A stretch of 62,499 nt of DNA, filler included, from Dugesia japonica (Eukaryota), in NCBI GenBank assembly GCA_001938525.1. It is 5 parts of 5 records of this genome, joined end to end, with 100 filler letters (N's around TTAATTAATTAA, not from the genome) between each part and the next. Parts side by side here need not be neighbours in the genome. Positions count along the whole stretch, not along the records: positions 30,834 to 42,047 come from MQRL01584022.1; positions 42,148 to 62,499 come from MQRL01630449.1; 3 more parts are not named here. One strand, 5' to 3'. Within the stretch, counting starts at the first letter, position 1; each line of letters begins with the position of its first letter. Below, piece by piece: positions 37,601-50,512 of this stretch. Below the pieces are notes generated by a model that saw only the letters and a list, made by a program, of their open reading frames with translations, had not been told where the DNA came from and searched no databases. The position numbers and the translations under genes were made by a program.

Positions 37601-40311
37601 NNNNNNNNNNNNNNNNNNNNNNNNNNNNNNNNNNNNNNNNNNNNNNCGATTGTTTGTTTCACAGAACATTTTGAACATTATTTGTAGGGACAAAGATTCC
37701 AATTAAGAGCCGATAATAAAGCAACAAAATTTATGCGGAAGACTAAAAGACTCATAACAGCAAAATTTCAGACTTGAATCAACCATCTTAGCAGTTCTGA
37801 TATTAAAATGAAATACAGAAAAGGTGAATAACAGATGAGTACAGATGCTCTCTCAGTTAGTGAAGTGTATGTCAAATGCCAGACTATAAATTTGACTGTG
37901 GGTTCAAATATGTAGTATGTTGCATAAAAGGTCATTGTGTCTTTTCTGATTGAGCTAAGTTGATTGCTCAAATAATAATAATAATTATATATATATTTTT
38001 CCTTTTATAGAGTTTTATTAATAAACAATAAAACAGTTTTCTAACAGCAACAATATTGTGTTTTTTAGGTATAAACACAGAATTTATATTAGATATGACA
38101 GCCAGTTTCGATACAAATGGAATGGTATTGGCCACTGATAGATATAGAAAGAAGATAAATGGTTGTTGCATATAGATTGCAATCAATGGATAATTGTGAA
38201 AGGGGTTATTTCATCCCAAGGGTTATTGGCTGTTTATTACTTCTGTGTGCATTTCAAACATTACTTTTACGGTAGAAAATTTACTCTTAGAACACATTAT
38301 ANNNNNNNNNNNNNNNNNNNNNNNNNNNNNNNNNNNNNNNNNNNNNNNNNNNNNNNNNNNNNNAATTACCTCAGTAGTTTGGACTAGTTATTATAATATA
38401 ATTTAAATAATGCTACACTTCATGAGAGAAAGACAACAGATTGAGCAGTCCTATTACTAGAAATATAATAGAAAGAGCCTAATTGATATCGTATTTCTAA
38501 AGAAAATTAGCCGTAAAAAATTGTACGAGTCATAAGTTTCAGAAAGAATTAAAGAAAAAATTTCAGAAGTAACTACTGATAGATAATTCAAAGTAGAAGA
38601 TTATGTCCTTATCAAGGTAGAAACAAGAACTAAACATCAAGACAGATATGAAAGGTCTTATCGAATAATTGAAAAAAGTCACGAAATATACTGTACAAGG
38701 AGAAAATGGAAAGCGATTGAAGAGAAATGTGGAAAAGCTTAAGAAATTTTTAAGATGGAGTATATAAGAAAGTTATAAGAATTTCAACCAATAAAAATTG
38801 ATTAAAATAATTAGCAATATGTATTTGGTTCTATTTGCCATATATTTATTTAATTATTTATCTTTGTTACTAGTGAATAAAAATTATTCTCAAATTAATA
38901 ATTCTGAATGCGAAAATAAATTATCTTTTGAAGATTTATCTAACAGGCTTAAGTATTCATTGCATTTGAAATGTCATTAAATTAAAAGCTTCAATCAAAA
39001 CGATATTTTTAAAAAAAAAATTTATTTGGAAAATATTTTGATGAAAATGAATTTATTTTGAAAAATCTTAATCAATAAAAACTGGTTAAACCTATTTTTA
39101 TTAAAAGATCGATTCTATTTATATTATTTTATAAAAGTTATCCTTGAATTTTGTTAAATAAAATGTCTGAAACTAAAGCGTTTGATACTGAAAGTAAATT
39201 GTCTTCGGATTTTTACCCAAAAATCAGTAAGATTAAACGTTAAACTACAGTGAAAATATGAAAGGGCAATATCTGAAGAATATTTCTGGTGAAGTAGAAC
39301 TTCCAATTTTAGTGCCATTAAGGTTTCCAGGGTTCTTAATGCCACATAAGGCCTGGCATTGTCGCGTTATATTGTCGTTTCTCAACGAACTGCTTCGATT
39401 GTTACATCTGAACTTCCGCAGTGATAGTCTGACATAGTTTTAATAGTTCATTATACAAAATGCAAAATGTTATCTAAAGATTTATGACATTATCTCAATA
39501 CAAAAATATTAGAATATTGGTTTCGGTAAAAAAAAAGTCGAAAATATATATTCAGATCATATTATGTAAATATATTAAAACTAATTTAATTTCTTTTAGC
39601 GTTGTATAAAGATTTATAAGAGGATCTTATTCCTTACTTACTGTGTTAAATTATTTATTGAAATCTTAATTTTTTAATATTTTTATGTAAAATATAAAGT
39701 GTTTGCTCACTAAAAATATTCAAATCAAAAGACAGGCTTAAATCAAAAGATTTATAAAACAATGGAATTTATTAATGTTCTAAATAAATTTCATTAAAAT
39801 AAGATAAAACTTCGATCAAAACAAAAAATTTTGTTTTGATCGAAGCTTTATCTTATTTTAATGAAATCTCAAATGCGATCAATGGTTAAGTCCAACAATT
39901 ATTCTCACAATAATTGTAATTATAAAATACTAAATAAAGTAACAAATTTGTGCTTTAGCTTACTATAAAATTATAATTATAAAAGGATGTAAGCAATATA
40001 CAGAAAATAGTGAACATTAATGTTTGTTACACCATATTACTCATCCTATTGTTTACCGTCGCAAAATGGGTTTATATAATTTACACAAGTATATAGATAT
40101 GAATGGGGGTTGTGCAACACTGGTATAAATAATTATTTTTGGATTTTAAGTAATTTCTTTACTTTAAAATTATGTATTAATTTTATTCTAGCTGGCTGGG
40201 TTTACTTGTTTCGTTTTATGGATTAGCAATATATGGTTCTTGAGAAGGGATACACCTTGCTTACGTCACAGATATGCAGTGGAGGTTGAACCAATATTAC
40301 CTCATTCGTAA
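34616..40311 (+). CDS. Synaptophysin/synaptoporin-family (MARVEL) gene, 3' exons 34616-34811, 34861-35046 and 40192-40311
   Basis: Spliced in frame across GT-AG introns: EGSFVSESQFFVFTGVLTLLYS...|DFVFTCILAFFWFLGSSVWANAV...C.....C......FGTLDASI|LAGFTCFVLWISNIWFLRRDT. Matches the synaptophysin SSAEFFV / SSSAWA / LNTSV.FGFLN..LW.GNLWFVFKET pattern. 5' exons not found. Confidence 0.88.
35240..38765 (+). mobile_element. Decayed Gypsy/Ty3 LTR retrotransposon, composite at its 3' end, inside the last synaptophysin intron
   Basis: In order: two gag zinc knuckles (~35465-35555), protease CLIDTGAKISVI, RT (IDLGNAYYQV, RMPFG, VYLDDIL), RNase H YTDASFDRIGAVL, integrase C-terminal remnant and a purine tract near 38750. 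Many stops. Confidence 0.9.
39154..39470 (-). mobile_element. mariner transposase fragment
   Basis: DNARPYVA...LEVLLHQKYSSDIALSYFH, a decayed HDNARPH / YSPDLAPSD. Confidence 0.75.
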
Positions 40312-42334
40312 TTTAAATTTGATATTGATTTCTAAAATTATTTTTTAATATTTATTCCAATGATTTTAATACAATAAAAGTTTTTTCAATTGAATTCATG
40401 AAATTATTTATTGAATCAAATTAGAAAAATAAATATTCTTATTTATGTGCTCAATATTTTCAAAAGTCAATTACTTGATTTATGTTTATCTTGAATTTGA
40501 TTAGGCGAGTTTTATAATATAATTAATTTAAAATTTGATTTGTTGGTCCGATTAGGATGATTTTAGTTGTTAATATTTCCATGTATTTCTTGCGTTTCTC
40601 TTAATTAACCTATCGAACTTTTTCTGCTTTGGTGGTGGTATTAAAATGTGACCTTTCTGCATTAGCTCTCCTCGCTGATAACATATCTTGAGTATACGGT
40701 GATGATATCATTAAGTATAGTTACATCATGGCTACGTTATAGTTATGTAATCATAAGTATTATACAAAAAGCATCATGGTTACGTAATAGTTATACAGCA
40801 GTTCAAAAATTAAAATTATGTCGCAATCACTCATTTATTACGTAATAACTCGGCCACTTTCATTTTTTCACGGAAAATTGGCGGAAAGCTTATTTGTTTA
40901 AATGAAAAAAAATTACAATTTTTTAACACATGATTATTTTTACACCAATCGACTAAGAATGACTAAGAATGTTTTCGAAAAAATAAGAAGTCTCTCAAAA
41001 TTTAACGAAGTATCAGTCATTAGAACGTTTAATGTTAAGTCAGAATAACATATTTAAAAATCGTCAATCTTTATCCCGAGGAAATAAATGGAAAAAACCA
41101 TAATTTATTTTTTGTTCTCAAATTCGATCATCAAATCATATATTTGATAGAGACTTTTCTGCTGAGTAAGAATATTATCATTTAAAATCGCTATACCTTA
41201 TCATTGATTAAATAAATTGAAAAACCTAAACTTTTGAAAATAAACAAGTACGCACACATATTAGTGACTCCCCGGTGAATATCAATATTATCATAATTAA
41301 AATAACAAGCAAGTAACAAAATAATAATAATGCAATCATATTTTAAAAAATTTCTTCAATAAAAAGTCTTAGTTCTTTGTAGACTCGTTGTTTGCTTTCA
41401 TCTTCATTTCTATCACCAATTTGACTTACTTATAACGACAAGTGTAACATTTATTGCTGCCACATTTTAAACGATCTTCGTAAAAATCATAAAATTCCAA
41501 CAGTATTTCTTCCATGTTCAAGTTTGTTAGAGTACCCACAGTCTCCCAATATTTAACTTCTATCCAAAATTTTGATTTTGCCTCGAAATCAAGGAATATC
41601 TTTTCCAGTACTAGCTAAAAAAAAAATAATATTATTAATAATTACAAAATTTTACCAAAAATGTTATTATTTTCTTCCAAATATTATCGCAATATATTAT
41701 TTTTAACAGTAAATTTCTCTTTTATATGAAACATTTGAAAATTTAACAATCAGTACAAACACTGAATTAAACAAATTTTGTCAACAATTCTAATCGAGTA
41801 GTTAATCAAGGAACACAAAATTTTATCTTGGGATAGATTTCATAGCAAGACGGTGTCATTGATTTACAAGTCAATTCTTTGAAAATGGGAAAAATCATTA
41901 CCACTACAAGCTGAATATAATGAAGTGTTCGCAACTAAAGTAATTAAAATAGACGTAGTTAAAATGCATAATTCCAAAAGATACAGGATTAAAAGCAACA
42001 ATTTAAATATTTTAAAGCATAACGATAAACTAACGGAAAAGCATAACNNNNNNNNNNNNNNNNNNNNNNNNNNNNNNNNNNNNNNNNNNNNTTAATTAAT
42101 TAANNNNNNNNNNNNNNNNNNNNNNNNNNNNNNNNNNNNNNNNNNNNCAAAAAAAGGGATATTTTTAAATAAACAGAAATATCGAGCTCTTTAATTGACA
42201 GTTACAGCTTCACAGTTATTGACAGATTAGCAAAATATATAAATTGAATTTTAAATTTATTAAATTCTTATTCAATAACTGTTGTTTGGGACCAAATAAT
42301 TTAATTAATTAATTTTGTTTTTAATTAATAATAC

Positions 42335-42526
42335 CTTATATAAATTTCCATCATTGCCACCAACAAGAGCCAGAGTATAGTTTTCATAAATTCGGAATAC
42401 AATTAAACTAGATCCTCTTAAACCATTTTTAGTAATGACTTGATATCCAACAATACTTTCTGAACCATAATGATCTCCAATTATATGATCATTTCTACTT
42501 TTACCACCACAAAAACCTTTTACACT
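42335..42526 (-). CDS. Plexin exon 3 (Sema domain)
   Basis: AG/GT-bounded, 64 codons, phase 0. SVKGFCGG...YENYTLALVGGNDGNLYK corresponds to plexin NFCG...YNGYSVVFVGTKSGKLKK. Confidence 0.85.
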
Positions 42527-43659
42527 CTAAAAATAAAAAAATTAATTTTACTCATATATTAGATACGAATGTTTTCTTTATTTAAATTATTAAAACTAAT
42601 GCATCCTTAGGGTATTAAATTTAATTGAAATTAGAAAATAGTAACAATTAGACTTTGTTTAATAGTCATTAGAAATAATGAAATTATTAAATCGCGTTTC
42701 ATATTATTACTAAGCTTCTAAAATTTGTTTCATCATGCTCAGATATAACAACTTATTTCGATATTTAAGGTAATCAAATTAAAAAAGCACTGAAGACAAA
42801 TCAAATACATACAGTACGAGTAGCATGAATAAATAAATTACAATTGATAATCATGATAAGACTTAATGAATTTAAACGAGCATAACACACCTAGTTAAAT
42901 AATGTTATTGATTAAATAATTTACAACTTAAATGCTAAAAATTAAATCATTAAAACAATAATTGAACTTTTTACACGACATAATTTATGATTATTTTTTA
43001 AAATTTAAAAACAAAATATTTCAATATAAAACCAAATTAAATGTACTTAAAAATGACTTTGTTTTAATTAACGGAAAATGAATAACAGAAATATTTTGAT
43101 ATTATATACTGTAAAATATAGTATTGAAGAAAAGTTTTACGAATTATATTTAATTAAAAATTGTAATTATCAATATTATAAATTATAAAATTAATAAATA
43201 CGACACATCCTGTGTTTATGTATCCTGTTTTAAAAGTATTTCGCCATATTAATTAACGATTAATTAGGCACTTAATTTATAATTTATATTCTTCGCTTTA
43301 AAAAAAGAGTAGCCAAAAACCGAGCTGAAGAGTAATTCAAATTTTAATTTTTTAAATTGATAACTTAATATCTTGTACTTTATAAAATATTCAAATTACG
43401 TTCTCTTCAGAAATAAAATATCGTTTCCACACTATTTTTGTTTAAAATCTCCATAAAAGTTCGAAAAAAATGAAATCAAAAAAATTATAACAGTTTTTAT
43501 TTAAAATTTCTGTTATTTTCATTTGTGTCATAGAATAATTTATTTTTTTAGCAGCAAGATCTCTTTAATTTTAGAAAATTTACCTTTCACTGTTAAAATG
43601 ACACAAACACAAATCTTTTATATATACAATTATGACCGGAAATAAAAATTAGATATATT

Positions 43660-44240
43660 ATAATAAATACAAAGTCTTTGGCAAATCCTGGAGAACCACG
43701 CACATCAAAGTCGAAAAAAGATATTCATGGTCACAAGGTCCTTTTGTCTATTTGGTGGAGATACAAGGAGTTCTGTATTATGAACTATTAAACCCGTTTC
43801 AGACTATCGCTATGGAATTTTACACTCAACAATTGAGGCAGTTGTTTGAGAAAGAGCGATATTACGCGATAAAGCAAAACATGGCAATTCTTCTGTACGA
43901 CTTTACCAGGCCTTATGTGACATTAAGAACCAGAGAAACATTAATGGGAATTTCTACCACACAAGGTATATTCTCCTTCAGATTTTCACTTATTTCGTTC
44001 TATGCCACACAATCTTTCTGATACGTAATACAATATTTAAGAAGTGTAGAAATTTATTAATAACTTTGTTCAATATAGAGCAAAGACTTTTTTCATAGGG
44101 ATATCCATCTTTTGACTGAATGATGGCAAAAAAGTAATAAATATTAGTGGTAAATATTTTGATTAAATTTACTGTTATTTGTAATAATATTAATTTAAAA
44201 AAACGCTTAAAACGATGGAAACTTTTGCATACCCTTAATA
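43660..44240 (+). mobile_element. mariner transposase 3' fragment with right TIR
   Basis: HGHKVLLSIWW, GVLYYELL and LLYDFTRPYV. Ends aaacgatggaaacttttgcatacccttaata. Confidence 0.8.
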
Positions 44241-44306
44241 ATTGTAATAACTTTAAATAATTATAGACATTTTGTTTGAACGTTGATTGTAAATTATATT
44301 AATTAC

Positions 44307-44636
44307 CGATGAATATTCTGTTAAACAAGGACCATCATTTGAATTTTTATCATAGGGTCTTTCATTTATTGATCCGTAACCAAGAAAACATTTTTTTTTA
44401 ACTATATCAAATAATTCCATAATTTCGGCCATTGGAAATGCACACATAACAACAGAATTCAACAGTTCTTTATAATTATCTGTTATTCTAATTACTTTGA
44501 AATTGATATAAAGAATATGATGGAAATCTGCTTCCATTTCGTTTTTAATATCCGGAAACCTTGTATTCTTACGATACCAATTGGCCAAATTTTCACTAAC
44601 ATAAGCCAGATTCCAACTATCAATTTGATAATAGGT
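44307..44636 (-). CDS. Plexin exon 2 (Sema domain)
   Basis: AG/GT-bounded, 110 codons, phase 0 at both ends. ILYINF...SVVMCAFPMAEIMELFDIVKKKCFLGYG corresponds to SALCAFPI..I......CY.G.G. Confidence 0.88.
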
Positions 44637-46731
44637 CTTAAGATAAAGAAATTATTAAGTGTAAAAAATTATTCATTTTAAAGTTATTTAAAATACTGGA
44701 TATTTTTTTCAACACCTTAGTAAAAATTACAAATATAAAATTGTAATAGTTAAAATTTTAAATATTTAAATAGTTTAAATATTTTGAATAGACACTTTTC
44801 AAAAGAACTACTAATATCAAAATTCCTTTTTAAAAAAAGCTATTCTAAGAGTATTTTACACCAAAATTTTAAACTAAATCGACTTCATAATATGTGGCAT
44901 TATATAATCATATGATTCAATATAGCTTAAAATAATGATCTATTTCTTTGTAAATTTTCATCACACAATATGGCTTTATCATCACATAATCTACCATAAA
45001 TTATTTATATCATTCCAAAGTTCATAAATTCCTGTTTTTCGTGAAATTTCCTCAAAGTACAGTTTTTGTGTTACAACGATTACTTTTTAAATTAATTATA
45101 TTCGTTATAATTAACTAGGACAATTCTCAACAAATTAAAATATATAAAAATACAATTGAGGGTTTTGGCACATAGTCAAAACTTATGTTCGCAGTTTCTT
45201 CAAGCTATAGGATAATCTAGATTTTAAAACAAAAATTCCTAAAATATGGTCATTGAAACCCTGGTTCCGTGAAAATATTTCATAGTTACATGGTACGAGT
45301 TAATTTAATTTAATACGAGTAAGATGATGAAAAATAATTTCATGAAACAAGATATCGTGAAATAAATATTTATATTAATTTAATGCTGTGCAGCTCTAAA
45401 CTTTCTTGCAAAAATTAATTTTTTATTTTATATATTATCTAACTTATACATGGATGCTTGAAAATTTTTATTCGATAATTTTATATAATAAAAGTATCTT
45501 AATTAAAGGACCTATAAATAAGATATTTTTATTTGAAAATTAGAAAAAAAATTCAACTTTGAATTCTCTGCAACATTAAAAAGATGCAGATTATGGAGCT
45601 GATATTTGATTGTGTGTGAATTCAAAATGTTTTTATTTACCGAATAGTATTATTTAGTTAAACTTTAACATTCACTATTTCGCAATATTTCCTGAATCAA
45701 AATAATTATAAATTATTGTAAACAAATTTTTATGAATGTACTTTCTTTTTAAATGTAAATATTATCCATCTTGAGTATATTATATTATATTATATTATAA
45801 GAACATGTAATTGAATATCTTAAGACTTGAGTTCTTTTTTAAAATATTATTTTATTAAACAATTAATGAGAGTTAATTTGTTGAAATGTAGGATCTAATA
45901 GGAGGAATGGAATTACAGAAACAGTCTAGATTCCATCTGCTGAGAGAGACTAAATTTGAGAACAATGAAATGTATCTTTGTAATATAGAAGCAAAGTATG
46001 GACGCAGTACAACGGATGAAGAGAGAGTACAGAGAGCAATAAAAATATTGATTAACAAGTCAAACGAGAATTTGGAGAAAGTTATACTGATTTATAAAGG
46101 AATATTCATGGCAGAACAACAAATAATCACAAATGGAGAACCAATAAATACGAAACCATGGAGACAACCAATGCATTTAGAGAATAATATCGATGAAGCC
46201 ATTAAGAATTTGTTTAACAATGGCATTATTAAGAAGTGCAATTCGCAATGGAACACTCCGTTAATATGTATTTGGAAAAAAGAAAGGAAAGACGTTAGAT
46301 TATGTCTAGATTTTAAAAAACTGAATGTAATCGCAGAAAGACAGGAATTTCCGATACCTAATATAGAGGAAATACTTGACAATTTGGGTGGTGCAAGATA
46401 TTTTAGTACTATTGATTTGGGTAATGCATATTATCAAGTTCCGCTACATAAAGATTCACAAGAGAAAACAGCATTTTCGTATTGTTTCACAAGAATGCCT
46501 TTTAGTATAGCTGCAGCACCTGGAACNTTTCAAGAATTAATGACAAAAGTATTAGGAAGATTGAGAGGAACTATAGTATACACGGATGATATATTGATAT
46601 TTTCAGAAAATATAGAGCATCACCATAGAGTTTTAGACAAATTTTTTGAAAGAATTCAAGAATCAGGATTGAGAATTAATCTAGAAAAATGTCAGTTATT
46701 GCGAAAAGAAGTCAAATTTTTAAGGCATGTC

Positions 46732-47335
46732 AGTATATAGATAGTGGCGCACGAGAACAGCACATATTAAGTAACCCCCACCATTGCCGTGACGTAATGA
46801 AATTTAATCCTAATGCACTTAGTTGTGAATTTAAAAATTGCATCATTAATTGCATCATTAGGTAACTATTAGGTTACTGTTTTCGTATTTCCCTGTGTAT
46901 TTAGTTGGGAAAATTTTTTGTACACCATATATGTCATGAGATTAATTTCATCTGTGAAATTTTATGTAATAGGATTATCTGTTTTCGTATATCTCTGTGT
47001 ATTTAGTTGGGGAAATCTTTTAGGCATTTAGTTGGGAATTTATTTGGTGAGGTCGAATGAGGTCAATTTTCGATTGGTTTTATGTTGTTTTTGTCAAAAG
47101 TTTAATCGGTGAGGTCGAATACGGTCGATTTTTGGTTGGTTTAGGTGAATTTGGTTGACAATTTGCTCGGTGAGGTCAAATCTGGGTAAACTTGGTCGGT
47201 TTTAGGTTAATTTGGTCAAATTTTTTCTAGGGAATGGTTAATTTAGGTTTTTTTAAGATTAAATTTCATAACGTCAAGACGGGGGTTAGGGGTTACTGAA
47301 TGAGTGCTGTTCTTGTGCACCACTATCTACCTACT
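46732..47335. mobile_element. 604-bp Maverick-type MITE
   Basis: Ends AGTATATAGATAGTGGCGCACGAGAACAGCAC / GTGCTGTTCTTGTGCACCACTATCTACCTACT. 6-bp TSD CATGTC / CATATC. Interior homologous to the left arm of 15497-18913. Confidence 0.9.
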
Positions 47336-49644
47336 CATATCATAGACAATAATGGAGTTCGAACTGATCCAACAAAAATTGAAGCGATAAAAAATTTCGG
47401 AAGACCTAAATGTGTGAAGAACTTGAGAAGCTTTTTGGGAATATTCAATTACTATAGACGGTTTATCAATAGTTACTCAAAGAAAGCTAGAAGCTTGGAA
47501 GAGTTATGTGGAAGTAATAATAAAAAATTTTAGTGGTCTGAAAATTGTGATAAAGCTTTCAATGAGATGAAAGAGGCATTAACGAAAGCACTGATATTGA
47601 GCTTTCCATATGTCAAAAAGACGTTTGTACTAGATACAGATGCGAGTTTTGATGCCAGTGTTAGAAAATTAGCGCACCAGATCACCCCCTCCCCCTTGTG
47701 TGTAAAAAGTGATCTATGATTTTCCTAGGAAAAAAGTCGGCGGCACACATTTGTGTGGTATTATGTAAGTGATCTTTAATTTTTGTAATGTAAATAGGCG
47801 AGGAACAAGATTTATGTGCGATTTCATAACTTTTGCTCGTAATTTTTGAGTGCCATGTTCGAACTTTTCAAAATTTTTGGATTTTTTTAAATTTCAAATT
47901 TTGCGAAAATTTTTTATTTGAAAATTATTTAAATTTATATAGGGAATTTTCCCTTGTTTAAATATTTCGATTTAATTTATAATAAACATTAATATTTTAA
48001 ATCTTATAAATTCTTTATAAATAGTAAATTATAATTATAAACACAAATTATAAATTAAAATTATAAATAACAAACATAACAAACACAACATATAACACAT
48101 ACATAATTTTAAATACAAAATATTAATAATAATTACAAATACAAAATAATATATAAAAATTTCAATTTAGTATTAAATAAGAATTTTACTCGAATAATTT
48201 TCACTCTATAATTTTTTCTAGGATAATTTTAACTGGGAAATTTTTAGTTAAATTTTAGAGTTTATTTTTCCAGTGGTATTTAATTTTCTAAATATGATTT
48301 TAGTAGTTTATCTTAGAATTTTAAAATAGTATTTTTTAATAGGTTTAGTAGTTAATTTTTAAGTAGTTGATTTTATCAGTTAATTTTTAATAGGTTTATT
48401 TTTAGCAACTGATTTTAAAATTTAATTTTCTAGTAGTTTATTTTAGAATTTTAAGATAGTAATTTTTTTTCACTCTAATTTTTAACAGGTTTTTGTCAGA
48501 ATGCTCTTCTTGTGCATAAAAAACCATTTTCACCTATCGGTGGCAAACTTTATAATATTTTCACGTTTCGGAATAAACATATCATAAGGTAGGCTAAATC
48601 TAAAATTTATCATCTCCTTCTTCCTGTATAATATTTGATGTTTCACCTTCTTCCGGTTCAAAATAGATGATTTCTTCAACGCCATCTTCAATTACAATTA
48701 TTTCGACAGGTTCATCCTTGATTGTTATTTCTTCAACGTTATTTTCAATAACTCAGATTCAAGTATGTGTGTATTTTTTAAAATTTAATTTCAAATTAAT
48801 TTAAAATATTACAGACATATTACGTTGAGGTAATTTAAATTAAATTAATTATTTTTGATAAGAAAACATGTCAAAATAAATAGAATAATAGCAAAATAAC
48901 AGCGTTTTCAAAATAATTTTTAAAAGTATATATTTTGTAAAAATAAAAAGTGAATTTATTTTTAAAAATATGTACTTATTGTATAAAATAAATGACTTTT
49001 ATTGAAATCTTTGTTATTTATTAAAACTAATAAAAATAAAAAAGAACATAATACAAAATAACAACATTTATTTATTTATAAAATTGTACATTTTTGAAGT
49101 TTGGTTGAATCAACGAAATCTCAAAAATGTAGAATTTTATAAATAAATAAATGTTGTTATTTTGTAATATGTTCTTTTTTATGTTTGATATCAGCAATCC
49201 GTTGCCTTTTCTCTTTTCTTATATGATTGCATTGCGTCAGATAGTTATAATATTCGAAATCAAAACTATCGTGATTTTTTGTATCCTAAAGGTAACAACA
49301 GTAATATATAAAATAAAAAATATATAAATTTACCATGCTTGATTGTTCAGTTTGAGTATACTTTTCATTAGAAGAATTCATATTTGCTTATTAGAAAAAG
49401 ATTTAAACTGAAAGCGCGGGTATTTAATTTAATATTAAATACTGCAACGTAATTCTAATTTTATTGATAAATATTTGTAATTATTTTATTTAATATTTGG
49501 TGAGAAATTACAAAACATTGAAGAAATATGTGGTTGGAAAATACGAAACAATCAAGGTTTTCTTTTGGTATTGTATTACTACTTTATTAATTTTATTTAC
49601 TTTAAGAAAATTTCCATAGTACGGTTACATACCACGGTTATGAA

Positions 49645-49983
49645 ATGGCATTTCTCAAAAAACATAAATCATTTCTTCTATCAGATGCAGTCGAGTTGGA
49701 AAAAGTTAAATTTGGTTACCACATATCCAAATTGACAGATAAAAATATACAAATCTTGAATGATGAATTGAGTCAAATTAATGCGGAAATGGAAACAGAA
49801 ATTTCAATGAAAAGATCATTTTACATTCGAGCAACAGATTTTAATTGGTATGATACAACTGGAAATATACATATTCCTACACAAGTTGGTACGGTTAAAA
49901 TAAAGCTTTTACTTCAAGGATACAAAATAAAATATGGAATTAGATTTCCCTTATGGAGATTGTTAGACGTGTTTGATTGGTAA
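49645..49983 (+). CDS. Orphan ORF (112 aa) inside the 6.7-kb element, possibly the last exon of a spliced gene
   Basis: Open frame of protein-like composition in AT-rich DNA. Possible 50-bp intron at about 49557-49606 and AATAAA downstream. No family recognised. Confidence 0.45.
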   Translation: MAFLKKHKSFLLSDAVELEKVKFGYHISKLTDKNIQILNDELSQINAEMETEISMKRSFYIRATDFNWYDTTGNIHIPTQVGTVKIKLLLQGYKIKYGIRFPLWRLLDVFDW

Positions 49984-50113
49984 TTATTTTTAGAACATGT
50001 TGTTAATGTTGTTGATGTTTTACAAATAAAGTATTTTTTATATAATTGTTTTTATTTAACATATTTTTATAATAAAGAAAAAATAAATCCAAAATATTTA
50101 TTAAACAATTAAT

Positions 50114-50347
50114 TTAACAATCATTTGAACAATAATCGCTGTCATCATCATCATCAGCATCACCCTTAACGTTTATCTTTTCATCATCATCATCATCTGT
50201 AACGTTTTTATCATTCACAATGTTTTCTTCAAAATTCATATCATTTTCCTCTTCTTCAGTTGATGCAAGTTTCAGTACTTCGTCAAGTATTAGAGTTGCA
50301 TATTCTTTAATAATGAATAAAATTTGTTTTTCCTCTGCAATATTCAT
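50114..50347 (-). CDS. Small acidic orphan ORF, head-to-head with the second TBP-like gene
   Basis: 77 aa with a helical N-half and a D/E-rich C-half. Confidence 0.45.
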   Translation of the reverse strand: MNIAEEKQILFIIKEYATLILDEVLKLASTEEEENDMNFEENIVNDKNVTDDDDDEKINVKGDADDDDDSDYCSNDC

Positions 50348-50512
50348 GTTTTTAAAGCATTTTCAATCAGTATNNNNNNNNNNNNNNNNNNNNNNNNNNN
50401 NNNNNNNNNNNNNNNNNNNNNNNTTTTTAAAGCATTTTCAATCAGTATATTGATTTTGTTTATGGTCGAAAAAGTATAAATAGACCGAAATAAGTCAGTT
50501 TTTTTTGTAATT

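Noticed and set aside
41430-41614. AG/GT-bounded minus-strand frame just downstream of plexin exon 3
   Set aside because: No plexin-like motifs, it lies across a scaffold join, and it sits among element-like sequence, so it is not called as a plexin exon.
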